Assembly (NCBI GenBank): GCA_042852035.1
Contig: BAAFHK010000001.1
Span: forward strand, 180,001 to 212,000
Source: Candidatus Saccharimonadota bacterium
GTDB lineage: Bacteria; Patescibacteriota; Gracilibacteria; BD1-5; UBA2023
DNA: 32,000 nt
Direction: 5' to 3'
The notes below the pieces were generated by a model. The model made no database searches and was not told where the DNA came from. It saw only the letters and a program-made list of their open reading frames with translations. Positions 1 to 9,103 of this stretch are shown one piece after another (the first letter of the stretch is position 1; every line of letters begins with the position of its first letter). The position numbers and the translations under genes are program-made.

Positions 1-491
1 AAATTGCTGATGCAAATCACGAATGATATAATCCAAAATTGCTTGATATTGGATCTGGATGATGATTTCCTGGTATTCCTCTGAAGATAGTTATTCCAGA
101 CCTTAAAGTAACACTTCTTGATTCCGTCTGAAAGAAAGTGAAAGCTATGAATTTCTTTATCGAACAATTGTGACTTGAAAATATTGACGCCGTTCAGGAA
201 CGAGCGGAGGTTCTAGCAAAAGGCGGAAATCATAAAGAAAAATATGATTTTGTAGTGTCTCGAGCAACGGCATATATTACTGATATACTTGCATGGGCTC
301 TTCCATTTCTTAAAGCAGATGGAAAAATCATTCTTTATAAGATGCCCAGCGAAGATGAGATGAATGATCTTAAAAAAATTCTAAAAAAATTTTCTCTTAT
401 TCTTTCTTGAGAGCTTGATTATGCTGTAGCTGGCAAAGAAAGAATTATCCTCATTATACAAAGAGACCCCCATAGCGGGGGAGGGAGATAA
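1..491 (+). CDS. rsmG: 16S rRNA m7G527 methyltransferase RsmG (GidB), 5' end cut by window edge
   Basis: Read from nt 3 with TGA=Gly: ...LLDIGSGGGFPGIPLKIVIPDLKVTLLDSVGKKVKAMNFFIEQLGLENIDAVQERAE...YDFVVSRATAYITDILAWALPFLKADGKIILYKM.... The SAM-binding GxGxG loop is spelled gga tct gga TGA TGA (51-65). Stop TAA 489-491. Confidence 0.85.
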
Positions 492-530
492 TTTTTGGAT
501 ATCTACGGAGCGTTCGCTCCATTCAATATC

Positions 531-800
531 TCAAGAGCTACCTCGATTCGTCCTATATGTTTGAGCCTTTTCTAGGCCTGTTATAAGAAAGACGATTGCT
601 CCGATGATGATGCCTGGCAGGAACCAACCCACGTGAACCCATAATGGAAATTCATCTGGATCAGGTTGGGTAATTCTCGCAAACATCACAAGCAAGAAGA
701 TAAAAGCAGCAACAACCTCAAGAAGGAAGAACAACGCGAATGCTGTTCCCGATCCTGACCTGGATCTTATCCAAACAGGACTACCTCCCTTTTTTGCCAT
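531..800 (-). CDS. small two-helix membrane protein (89 aa to TGA 531-533; 139 aa to TAG at 381-383 if that TGA is read as Gly)
   Basis: ATG at 798-800 with GAGGA about 6 nt upstream. Two hydrophobic segments (FALFFLLEVVAAFIFLLVMF, WFLPGIIIGAIVFLITG). 9 Gly codons, none TGA. The next in-frame TAA/TAG on this strand is at 381-383, 110 nt inside convergent rsmG. Confidence 0.55.
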   Translation of the reverse strand: MAKKGGSPVWIRSRSGSGTAFALFFLLEVVAAFIFLLVMFARITQPDPDEFPLWVHVGWFLPGIIIGAIVFLITGLEKAQTYRTNRGSS

Positions 801-871
801 AAATTTTCCTCTTTCATAACTGATGGAGACATTTTTATTCTAATTAAATTTACAAAAAGTCAAAAATATAG

Positions 872-900
872 TTGCAAATCATAAATTTATGTGATAATAT
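872..900 (+). promoter_or_regulatory. sigma70-like promoter: -35 TTGCAA (872-877), 17-nt spacer, TG-extended -10 TAATAT (895-900)
   Basis: Hexamers read directly from the sequence; sits 33 nt upstream of the ATG at 933. Confidence 0.45.
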
Positions 901-932
901 ATATTTACATTAATTTTCTAACACATACACAT

Positions 933-1055
933 ATGCAGAAACACTTTGCAGAGTTCGAGGCAAAACACAATATTCGCCCATATACTCTTGTTCTTCTTGG
1001 ATTATTCGCTGTAACGAATAATGCATTGGCTGCCGCCCAGCTCGTACAATTCTAA
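933..1055 (+). CDS. 40-aa hypothetical small protein with hydrophobic C-terminal half
   Basis: ATG 933, TAA 1053-1055: MQKHFAEFEAKHNIRPYTLVLLGLFAVTNNALAAAQLVQF. Bracketed by its own promoter-like hexamers and a strong hairpin terminator. No homology recognised. Confidence 0.4.
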   Translation: MQKHFAEFEAKHNIRPYTLVLLGLFAVTNNALAAAQLVQF

Positions 1056-1067
1056 CATCTTGATATT

Positions 1068-1100
1068 AAAAATCCCCTTGTAATAATAGGGGATTTTTTT
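1068..1100 (+). terminator. rho-independent terminator
   Basis: Stem AATCCCC (1071-1077) / GGGGATT (1089-1095) followed by a T-run to 1100. Confidence 0.75.
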
Positions 1101-1233
1101 GTTTGACACAGCTTATTATGTTATATTTTATATTTACTTATAAAACAAAAAATTTATATCGCAATATATATTTTGTGACTTGAAATTTACAATGTGCTAG
1201 TATTGAGGGGTATACATCCATACCAATACGCAT

Positions 1234-4200
1234 ATGCAAATCTGTTTTTCACCTCATAAATTCTTGAGGAAAGCAATATCTTCGGTACTCTTAGTTACTT
1301 TTTCAATCTCGTCCTTGCATCCAGTCTTTGCAGATTGAGAATGATTTCAATTTTATTCTACTGTCCTTAGGACGGCAGGAGTTATTGATAGGGACTATAT
1401 TTCAACAGCAGTAGCTACAAGCCGAATGGATGCGGTTCGTATAGCTGTTGGTATCTGATGATGGCCAAATGGATGTAGTGCTACTCCATCTCTTTCTTGT
1501 GATATTGAGTCAGTTGCACGATCAAGGGGACTGATTACAAGCGGACTTGAAAATATTAACCTCGGTCGCGTAATTAGGGCAAATGCTATCCGATTGGTTC
1601 TTCAGGCTCGAAAAATAAATCCATCTCAGAATCAGAGTTGATTTAAGGATGTGGATGGAAAACTTTCCAACTCGTATATAGGCTATATTGCAAAAGCTCG
1701 AGAGATAGGCTGTATTCAAACGGCTGAAAATTTTCGACCATTTGATCCAGTAACGGAAGGGGAGTATGCTAAGATGGCTGTATGCGCCATAGATGATAGT
1801 GAAAAGAATGGCACATTCAGCTCGGCACCAAATATAGCTCCTGCAACAAATCCAGTTGTATCATCACCTCAAAATGGAGCGGTCTATTATGTAGGATGAG
1901 GTTGAGGTTCTAGTACTACAATCATTAATAATGTTTATTCATCTTCAGGATTACTCCAAGATTTTACCTCTACTGGGGTAGCGAATTTTAATAATGTTAA
2001 CTTCTCTTGAAATGTGAGTTTTATTGGTCTTCCCAGTATGCCTCTTACGTTTGGATCTCTGCTTTATGGAAATAATTTAAATATTGCTACGGAGTTGCTC
2101 GGTTGATCAACAGGACAAGTTCTTAGTATGGCTAATGGTGTGCCAACTTGGGTAAGTATCGGCGCCCTTGGTTCTGCGACAGGATTGGTCTCATCAGTTT
2201 TTGGACGTTCGGGTGATATACTCTCCATGACGGGGGATTATTTATCAGATCAGATTATAGAATGATGAACAAATCTTTATTTTACTGATTCTCGAGCTCA
2301 GAATGCTCTTTCCTGAACGGTATCAACGATAAACACAACTCTTACGAATCTAACAAATGCAGTCAATGTGCTTTCGGGGGTTGTTGCAAGTTCTACCTGA
2401 ACGAATTATCAGCCTCAAATCGATACACTTTCTGGCCAAATTACTCATCTCAATAATCAGATTGTTATTTTTGCAGCTGCCCTTGCTCCGGTAATGCTTA
2501 CAGTGAATACATTCTCAGGAACTGTTTCACAGAATACTGCTGATATTGCGAGTCTTTCTTGAAAGGTTCTTGCACTCTCATGAGTTCTATCATCTCTTTC
2601 TGGTTCCGTCGATGTTCTTAGAAATGCTGTCGATAGCCTTTCCGGAGATCTTTCTACAACTAATGTGCTTGTTGCCAAAAATAGTGCAGATATATTTACG
2701 CTTTCTTGAAGAATAAATAGTAATACTATCTGACTCAACAGTCTCTCTGGTGCAGTTGAATTAATTGCTTCTGATGTTTCAATACTTCAGTCACAAGTGA
2801 GTGCTCTCCAATCTCAAGCACATGATGCAGTTACTCTTGGTAGCTCAAATGGATTGACGCTTTTAGGGCAACAACTCTCCCTTAATCTTGCCTCTTCAAC
2901 CTCGACTGGGGCACTTTCTGCATCTGATTGGAATACTTTCAATAATAAGATTGATTTTATATCACTCAGTGCAACAGGAGGTATTACCTACGATAATATT
3001 TCTGGTCTTTTTGGATGGAATGGAACAACATCTCTTGTTCCAGAATGATCTAACCTCTACTGGACTCAAAATAGATTCGATACAGCATTCTGATTGAAAA
3101 CTACTGATAATCTCAACGAGGGAGTATCCAATCTTTATTTTACAAACTCTCGAGCCCAAAATGCTCTTTCAGGGGCGATAAATAGCCTCTCAGGAAACCT
3201 TATTCTTACGAGCTCAAATCTTTCAACTCTCACATCTCAAGTTACATTGCTTTCATGGGGAATTATTGCTGTTGATACTGCTATCTGATCTCTTTCTGGT
3301 CAAGTAAATACAAATACGAATCATATAGCTTCACTTTCTGGTAATTTAGCAACCCTTAATACGTCACTATCAAGTCTCTCAGGAAATCTTTCAGTTCTTA
3401 GTAGCTCATTTTTAAGTCTTTCTGGAACGGTTGCACAAAATTTAGTTAACATTAACTCTCTTTCTTGATGACTCAACCTCACAAATGATTCCTTAAATAC
3501 TCTTTCTGGAACAATTATTAGTCTTTCTGGAGTAGTATCGTCTCTCTCGAATCAGCTCCAAAACCTTGGTAATGAGTTAAATAATCTTTCATGATCTGTG
3601 CTTTCTACGAATGCAAACCTTTCATCACTTTCATGAGTGGTAAATAGCATTTCTGGAAATCTCCTTGCACTTTCAAATTCGGTAAATAGTCTTTCGGGAA
3701 CAGTTCAAAATGTTATAGCTAGTGTTGTTTGATTATCTGGTTCTCTCGCTAACACCAACTCAAGTCTTAATACTCTTTCTGGTACAGTTTCAAGTAATTT
3801 TGCTACTCTTTCATGAAATCTTCTCACAACAAATAACATTATCTCTTCTCTCTCATGAGTTGTAAGTACTCTTTCGAGCAATCTTTATTCACTTTCGGGT
3901 GTTGTAGCTCAAAATACCATTGATATATCATCACTTTCATGAAATCTTTCGCTTACGAATTCTCGACTACTTTCACTTTCTTGAGTGGTGGCCCAAAATT
4001 CTCTTAGTATAAACTCTCTCTCAGGAAATCTCAATACCACCAATACAAACCTGGGTACTACCAATGCAACTGTAGCTTCTCTCTCAGGAAAGCTCAACAC
4101 TACCAATTCCTATCTTGCTACCGCAACAGGAAACATCAGTACTCTTACAAGTAATCTTGCAACTACCAATTCCTATCTTGCTACCGCAACAGGAAACATC

Positions 4201-7200
4201 AGTACTCTCACGACAAATCTTAATACTACCAATGCAACTGTAGCTTCTCTCTCAGGAGTAGTAAATACAAAGATATCTCTCACATCACTCTCTGCAAACT
4301 GACCTCTCACATATAACAATACAAATGGAGTGTTTGCGATATCTCTTGCAAACTCTACAACTACTGGTGCTCTCTCTGCTACAGATTGGAATACCTTCAA
4401 CAACAAACTCAACCTCTCTTCACTCCTCACTGGATTTGTTGCTGGATCATGAACGGTAACTGCTACAGATTCTCTCTTAGGTGCTCTTCAAAAACTCCAA
4501 GGAACCAATACAGCACAAGATACCAATATTGGTGCTCTCACAACAAACCTTGCAACCACGAATGCAACTGTAAACTCCCTCTCAGGAGTAGTAAATACAA
4601 AGATATCTCTCACATCACTCTCTGTAACTGGCTGATTCCTAACGTATAGTACTTGAACTTGAATATTCGGAACTAACTTTGCAGCTCTCTCTTGATCATA
4701 TTGGGCCCTCTGAGGTAATCCAGTTACATCAGTTCAAAATATCGGTACTACTACAAATTTTGATTTAGCATTTATTACGAACAATACTGAGTGGATGAGA
4801 CTTTCTACTGGATGAGTTCTGGGTCTTCGTACAACAGCAACAAACACACTTGCTTGATTTAATACGAATGCACTTGAATTTTGGGATAATGACGGACTTC
4901 ACTCTGATTTTACGCAGCGAGTAGCCTGAGGAGGATGGTGAACTTATAATATTCTTGCTCAGTGATGAACTATAGCATTACCAACTATTGTTGCTGCAGA
5001 ATCAACAGTTTGAGAATATACTTATGGATGATACGACTGAAGCGCATTTCGTCTCTTAGCTAGGGTTTCTGCTCAAGTGGATGGTACACCAGGACTAAAT
5101 AGTATGCCATGACGACTCGTCTTTAGTACTACGCCTTCGGGTTCCACTACACCACTAGAAAGAATGAGGATTACCAATGCGGGAAATATTGGTATCGGCG
5201 TAACAACAACAACGGCAAAATTTGATATTGCTGATAGTACCATTTCTACATGAGTACTTATGAAGCTTACAAGTGCTTGAATAACTGGTACATGATATGC
5301 ACTTCAGGTGATTGGTAGTGGCTCACGAAATCTTCTAAGAATTGGACAAAATGGAACAGATCCTCTTGATATGGAACGAGTTACTATTGGTCAGTGAGGC
5401 GTCTCTTCCGCAAAACCAGAGTGACTTGCACGTGATCAGCTCTATGTATTTGGTCGCATAAATTCAAGCTGGAATATGTTCTGGGATGACTTTATGGTTC
5501 GAAGAAATAATGCAGTTCAAACTAATGATGGGAATTTTAACGGAAGCCTCTATTTCGATGATGTAACTGGTGGTGGCGCTGCTGTTGGTTGGCAAGTCGA
5601 TGTTGTATCAAGCTTAGGAGTTTCTTGAATCGCTAGACTCAACACCCAAACTACAGGAGCATGATTCAATTCTTGGCTTATGTCATCTTCTAATGTGACT
5701 CAGCGGTCGCTTAATCCAGTATTTGAAGCTCGAATACTCGGAACAAATACTGCAAACCATATGATTATGGCTTGATTCTCAAACGGTGTCGTATGATGAA
5801 CATGGACAGCAGATGCAACATATAGTGCATTAACAAATGGAGCATTCTTCCGTAAAAATGCCGCCACTGGGGTGTGGTCAACCGTAACAAGAGCTTGATG
5901 AGTGGAAACCGTGAATAATACGACAATGTCAACAAATGTGTATCGTACACTCAGGATTGAACTGAATAATACAGCTGGAACAGCATCATTCTATATTGAT
6001 GGAGTGCTACAGTTTACTCACGCACTTAATGTTCCTGCAGCTACAACAGTAATGTGATATGGTGTAGGTACATCTATGACTGTAGCGACAGCTGGGCTAA
6101 CAGTAGATATTGATTACATCCGAGTATGGTCTGATGATCCACCTGATACCGCTCTAACAATAAATACAAGCCCTACATTAAGTGCCTCATACGTTACACC
6201 TTATAAAATTGAAGATTCATTTGAATTTAAAAATGCTCAATCAATTATACTTTCTTTATGAAATATAATTTCATCAACTTGATCGTTTGATTCTACAAAA
6301 AATCTTACATGAGATAATGCTATGAGCGCTGAAGATACTGGTAATTATTTTGCTCGAACAATTAAGACGGCTCTTGAATCACTCACATGATCAAATACAA
6401 ATACTACAGTTGATGCTAAGGTAGTAAATACCGAGAAACTTTGTATCGAATGAAACTGTTATCAAAGTGGCGAAATTGTTACAGGCGATATGTTAAGATG
6501 AGCACTGAGTAACATTACACCAGTTGTAAATAATTATTCAACTACTGTGGTTACAGAATCTGCCACGTCTTGATCAGATCAAGTTCAATCTCCTTTATCA
6601 CAAGAAGATCAGAGTGTGCTAGATATGCTTCGAGCATCAGTTGATTCACTCTTCGTAGAAATTCGAACAGTCTTTACTGATTTAGTTACATTTACTCGAG
6701 CGGTTATCTTTGAGAGTATTGTTACATTTAAGGATAAGGTGATTTTTGAAGCTCGTGTTACCTTCTCTGATCCAGATATGGCATGAGTCGCGACTATTGG
6801 CGCAGGATCAAAGACAGTTCATGTTCATTTTGATAGGCCTTATTCTGTAAAGCCAATCGTAACGATTGCTTCTACAGGTCATTTCAAGCTTTGAACCCTT
6901 AAGAATTTGACCACAAATGGATTTGATATAGAGGTGGCAACAAGTACTGAAACTCCACTTTGATTTAATTGGATTGCACTTGAGGTAAGGGGAGCGGGGA
7001 ACACTCTATCAATCTCAACAGTTTCAGATTCGCAAGATCAGGAACTAACAGATACTCCTCTAGTAAATCCTCAAGAAGAAAGCTCTGATATCTCCTCTCA
7101 AACAGGATCTGTAAATACGGGAGATGGAGTAGAGTGATCTTGAAATACAGATTCTTGATTATTATCACAGCCTGTAGATGAAACTTCCAATTGAGCAACA

Positions 7201-7362
7201 TCATTACCAGATACATCTACCTGAAGTGGGGAAGTGCTCTCAGAATCAGTAGATACAACACAATCACCAGCAGTTACTCCTTCAGAAATCCAAGTCGAAA
7301 CATCAACAGGAGAGAGTATTCCGGTTGAACCTCCGGTAGATACCGTATCATGAGAAATATAA
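1234..7362 (+). CDS. giant (2042 aa) secreted repeat-rich surface/fibre protein: signal peptide, SLH-like segment, LSGNL-type repeat rod, LamG/jelly-roll-like domain, acidic S/T/E/P tail
   Basis: - One frame-1 ORF under code 25. About 75 in-frame TGA and no TAA/TAG by my reading.
- Track fragments 1651-1899, 2797-3048, 3094-3288, 3985-4302 and 6076-6261 are all in this frame, and each ends at TGA.
- N-terminus MQICFSPHKFLRKAISSVLLVTFSISSLHPVFA.
- SLH-like FKDVDGKLSNSYIGYIAKAREIGCIQTAENFRPFDPVTEGEYAKMAV.
- About 2.4 kb of LSGxL/LSGxV...N..L periodic repeats.
- Two TTGALSA(S/T)DWNTFNNK modules.
- YRTLRIELNNTAGTASFYIDGVLQF...LTVDIDYIRVW near 5940-6130.
- TAA 7360-7362 followed by a terminator. 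Confidence 0.85.
4099..4224 (+). repeat. 63-bp (21-codon) tandem duplication inside the giant gene
   Basis: Copies at 4099-4161 and 4162-4224. The first 46 nt are identical (actaccaattcctatcttgctaccgcaacaggaaacatcagtactct), then a few substitutions. Encodes TTNSYLATATGNISTLT(S/T)NL(A/N). Confidence 0.9.
4249..4624 (+). repeat. dispersed exact 46-bp repeat pair inside the giant gene (4249-4294 and 4579-4624), 330 bp apart
   Basis: ctctcaggagtagtaaatacaaagatatctctcacatcactctctg occurs identically twice. The flanking aatgcaactgta is also shared (4231-4242 / 4561-4572). Confidence 0.9.
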
Positions 7363-7364
7363 AA

Positions 7365-7391
7365 ATATCCCTCGGAAAGAGGGATTTTTTT
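7365..7391 (+). terminator. rho-independent terminator of the giant gene
   Basis: Stem ATCCCTC (7367-7373), loop GGAAA, stem GAGGGAT (7379-7385), then a T-run. Confidence 0.8.
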
Positions 7392-7430
7392 ATAAAGCTA
7401 TAATTCTCTCTTTCGTGAAGAGCAAAAGCC

Positions 7431-7458
7431 TTGCACATGCGAAAACATTCTATATACT
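7431..7458 (+). promoter_or_regulatory. candidate promoter: -35 TTGCAC (7431-7436), 16-nt spacer, -10 TATACT (7453-7458)
   Basis: Hexamers read directly; 30 nt upstream of the ATG at 7489. Confidence 0.4.
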
Positions 7459-7488
7459 CATTTTAGATTTATTTTCTTATTTAAAACT

Positions 7489-7911
7489 ATGTTTACACGT
7501 CCAAACCTTTCTTGAGTTACAGCTGCCGGTGCTATTGTGATAGCATGGATAGTCTTTACTACCTTATACTTCCTTCTTTCTGTAACATACCCTCTTGTGG
7601 TTGGTAAGACTCAAAGTGCCGCAATACAGGCAGCTCAAGTCCAAGGATACAATACTGCAGTATCTCAGGCAATGCAGACTTTTTCAGGAAATGTGTTCCA
7701 GAATGGATATGGAAAGGCGGTTCTCGATCTTGCGAGTGCTCTCGATGCACAACTTAAATGAGGATGTAAGGAGATTGTACCTATCCAAATCGGATCAGGG
7801 GCAATGGGGGTTGTAAATGTTGCTTGTATTCAGCAGGCTGCAGCATGAGCTCAAGAGCAAAAAGCTACAACACCAAATCCAGCACCAAATCCAGCACCTG
7901 CACAGAAATAA
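7489..7911 (+). CDS. 140-aa membrane-anchored hypothetical protein with PNPAPNPAP tail
   Basis: ATG 7489, TAA 7909-7911, three in-frame TGA. MFTRPNLSGVTAAGAIVIAWIVFTTLYFLLSV... (one TM helix), then a Q/A-rich soluble part with two Cys. Terminator follows. Confidence 0.6.
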
Positions 7912-7914
7912 TAA

Positions 7915-7939
7915 ATACCTCCTTTCGGAGGTTTTTTTA
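7915..7939 (+). terminator. rho-independent terminator
   Basis: Stem ACCTCC (7917-7922), loop TTTC, stem GGAGGT (7927-7932), then T7. Confidence 0.8.
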
Positions 7940-7967
7940 TACAATGCTCAAATACTTAAAAAAAGTT

Positions 7968-7995
7968 TTGACAATAGGTTCGTATTTTATAGAAT
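7968..7995 (+). promoter_or_regulatory. promoter of the tRNA cluster: -35 TTGACA (7968-7973), 16-nt spacer, -10 TAGAAT (7990-7995)
   Basis: Consensus -35 and near-consensus -10, 22 nt upstream of the first tRNA. Confidence 0.6.
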
Positions 7996-8017
7996 GCCAA
8001 AGCTTTAAAAAGCATAT

Positions 8018-8093
8018 GCGGGTGTAGCTCAATGGCTAGAGTCTCTGCCTTCCAAGCAGACTGTTGTGGGTTCGAGTCCCATCGCCCGCTCCA
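8018..8093 (+). tRNA. tRNA-Gly(UCC): tRNA-Gly (anticodon UCC), CCA encoded
   Basis: Manual cloverleaf: acceptor GCGGGTG/CGCCCGC, anticodon stem TCTGC/GCAGA, loop C-T-TCC-A-A, T-loop TTCGAGT, 3' TCCA. Confidence 0.9.
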
Positions 8094-8134
8094 TATTGGA
8101 ATTCCTCTACAATCCAGGAATTTTTTCTTTATAC

Positions 8135-8211
8135 GGGCGTATAGCTCAGCTGGTTAGAGCGCAGCACTGATAATGCTGAGGTCCCTGGTTCAAGTCCAGG
8201 TACGCCCACCA
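8135..8211 (+). tRNA. tRNA-Ile(GAU): tRNA-Ile (anticodon GAU), CCA encoded
   Basis: Acceptor GGGCGTA/TACGCCC, anticodon stem CAGCA/TGCTG, loop C-T-GAT-A-A, T-loop TTCAAGT. Confidence 0.9.
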
Positions 8212-8223
8212 TTTGTTTTTTTT

Positions 8224-8300
8224 CGGAGACTGGCGCAATTGGCTAGCGCACATGCTTTGGGAGCATGGGGTTGCGAGTTCGAGTCTCGCGTCTCCGACCA
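8224..8300 (+). tRNA. tRNA-Pro(UGG): tRNA-Pro (anticodon UGG), CCA encoded
   Basis: Acceptor CGGAGAC/GTCTCCG, anticodon stem CATGC/GCATG, loop T-T-TGG-G-A, T-loop TTCGAGT. Confidence 0.9.
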
Positions 8301-8355
8301 TTTGGTTTCTTAGATTCGTTTCCCTAGATCGCCCTTGCAATGCAAGAATAATTTT

Positions 8356-8430
8356 GGCGCTATCGTCTAGTGGTTAGGACAGCGGGTTTTCATCCCGTAA
8401 ACCGGAGTTCGATTCTCCGTAGCGCTACCA
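8356..8430 (+). tRNA. tRNA-Glu(UUC): tRNA-Glu (anticodon UUC), CCA encoded
   Basis: Acceptor GGCGCTA/TAGCGCT (G1-U72), Glu-type short D arm GTCT..GGAC, anticodon stem GCGGG/CCCGT, loop T-T-TTC-A-T, T-loop TTCGATT. Confidence 0.85.
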
Positions 8431-8445
8431 CCTTGTATTCATGTT

Positions 8446-8474
8446 AAAGCCCTCGAAAACCCGAGGGCTTTTTC
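8446..8474 (+). terminator. rho-independent terminator after the tRNA cluster
   Basis: AAAGCCCTCG (8446-8455) / CGAGGGCTTT (8462-8471), then a T-run. Confidence 0.8.
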
Positions 8475-8541
8475 ATAATTTTTTTGCTTTCTTTTTTAAA
8501 TTAAATATACTCAAAATCGTATATATTTTAATAACATTTTT

Positions 8542-9057
8542 ATGAGAAAAATCGTTGCTCCTCTCGCTCTTATTGCTTCTATATCTCTTCTTACGAGTTG
8601 TACGAAAAAACCAGAAGCTCCAGCTGTTATTCCAACTCCAACTGAGACTCCTGCACCTGTAATGCAAGACGGGGTTTCTCCAACTCCAGTAACCTCTCCT
8701 TCAGTAAACTTAGATACAGGTGCTGCAGTAACTTCTCCTGAAAAAACTGAAACCTCTTCTACATCAACACAAGCACCTCAGGAATCTTCAGTTTCTCGAA
8801 CAGAGACAGTACAATATAATACTCCCGCTGGGAGTGATAGTATTGAATTTTCAGTAACTGTAACAGATGGTATTATTGCTTCGGCTTCAGCAGTTCCAAA
8901 AGCAGATCATGATATATCCAAGAAGCTTCAGGAATGATTTGCTACAAAGTTGAGTGAAAGTGTTGTGGGGAAAAAGGCGAAAGATCTCGATGTTGATGCA
9001 ATTGGTTGAGCTTCTCTTACAACAAATGCTTTTGAAATGTTCGTCCATTCATTCTAG
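8542..9057 (+). CDS. 171-aa lipoprotein with C-terminal FMN_bind-like domain
   Basis: Lipobox LLTSC. P/T/S-rich linker. C-terminal ...DLDVDAIGGASLTTNAFEMF resembles the FMN_bind motif D-x-x-(S/G)-G-A-(T/S)-x-T-S. Two in-frame TGA. TAG 9055-9057. Confidence 0.65.
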
Positions 9058-9072
9058 TCTAAATAACCAAAT

Positions 9073-9103
9073 AAAAATCCCTCGAGTTTTCGAGGGATTT
9101 TTA
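9073..9103. terminator. bidirectional hairpin terminator between convergent genes
   Basis: AAAATCCCTCG (9074-9084) / CGAGGGATTTT (9091-9101), with an A-run on one side and a T-run on the other. Confidence 0.75.

Noticed and set aside
1103-1210. Promoter for the giant gene (TTGACA at 1103-1108; TTGAAA at 1180-1185).
   Set aside because: I found no convincing -10 hexamer at 16-18 nt spacing for either -35 candidate, so no promoter is called.
2300-4700. Regular short repeats (ctttctgga / ctttcatga ...) that could suggest a CRISPR-like or satellite array.
   Set aside because: They are in-frame coding repeats (LSG... units) of variable spacing within one ORF. There is no constant repeat with unique spacers.
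8356-8430. Possibility that the fourth tRNA is the UGA-decoding tRNA (anticodon UCA), because the loop contains TTTTCAT.
   Set aside because: With a 5-bp anticodon stem (GCGGG/CCCGT) the 7-nt loop is T-T-TTC-A-T, with U33 and A37 in place. The anticodon is therefore UUC (Glu). Shifting to UCA would break the stem and put a pyrimidine at position 37.
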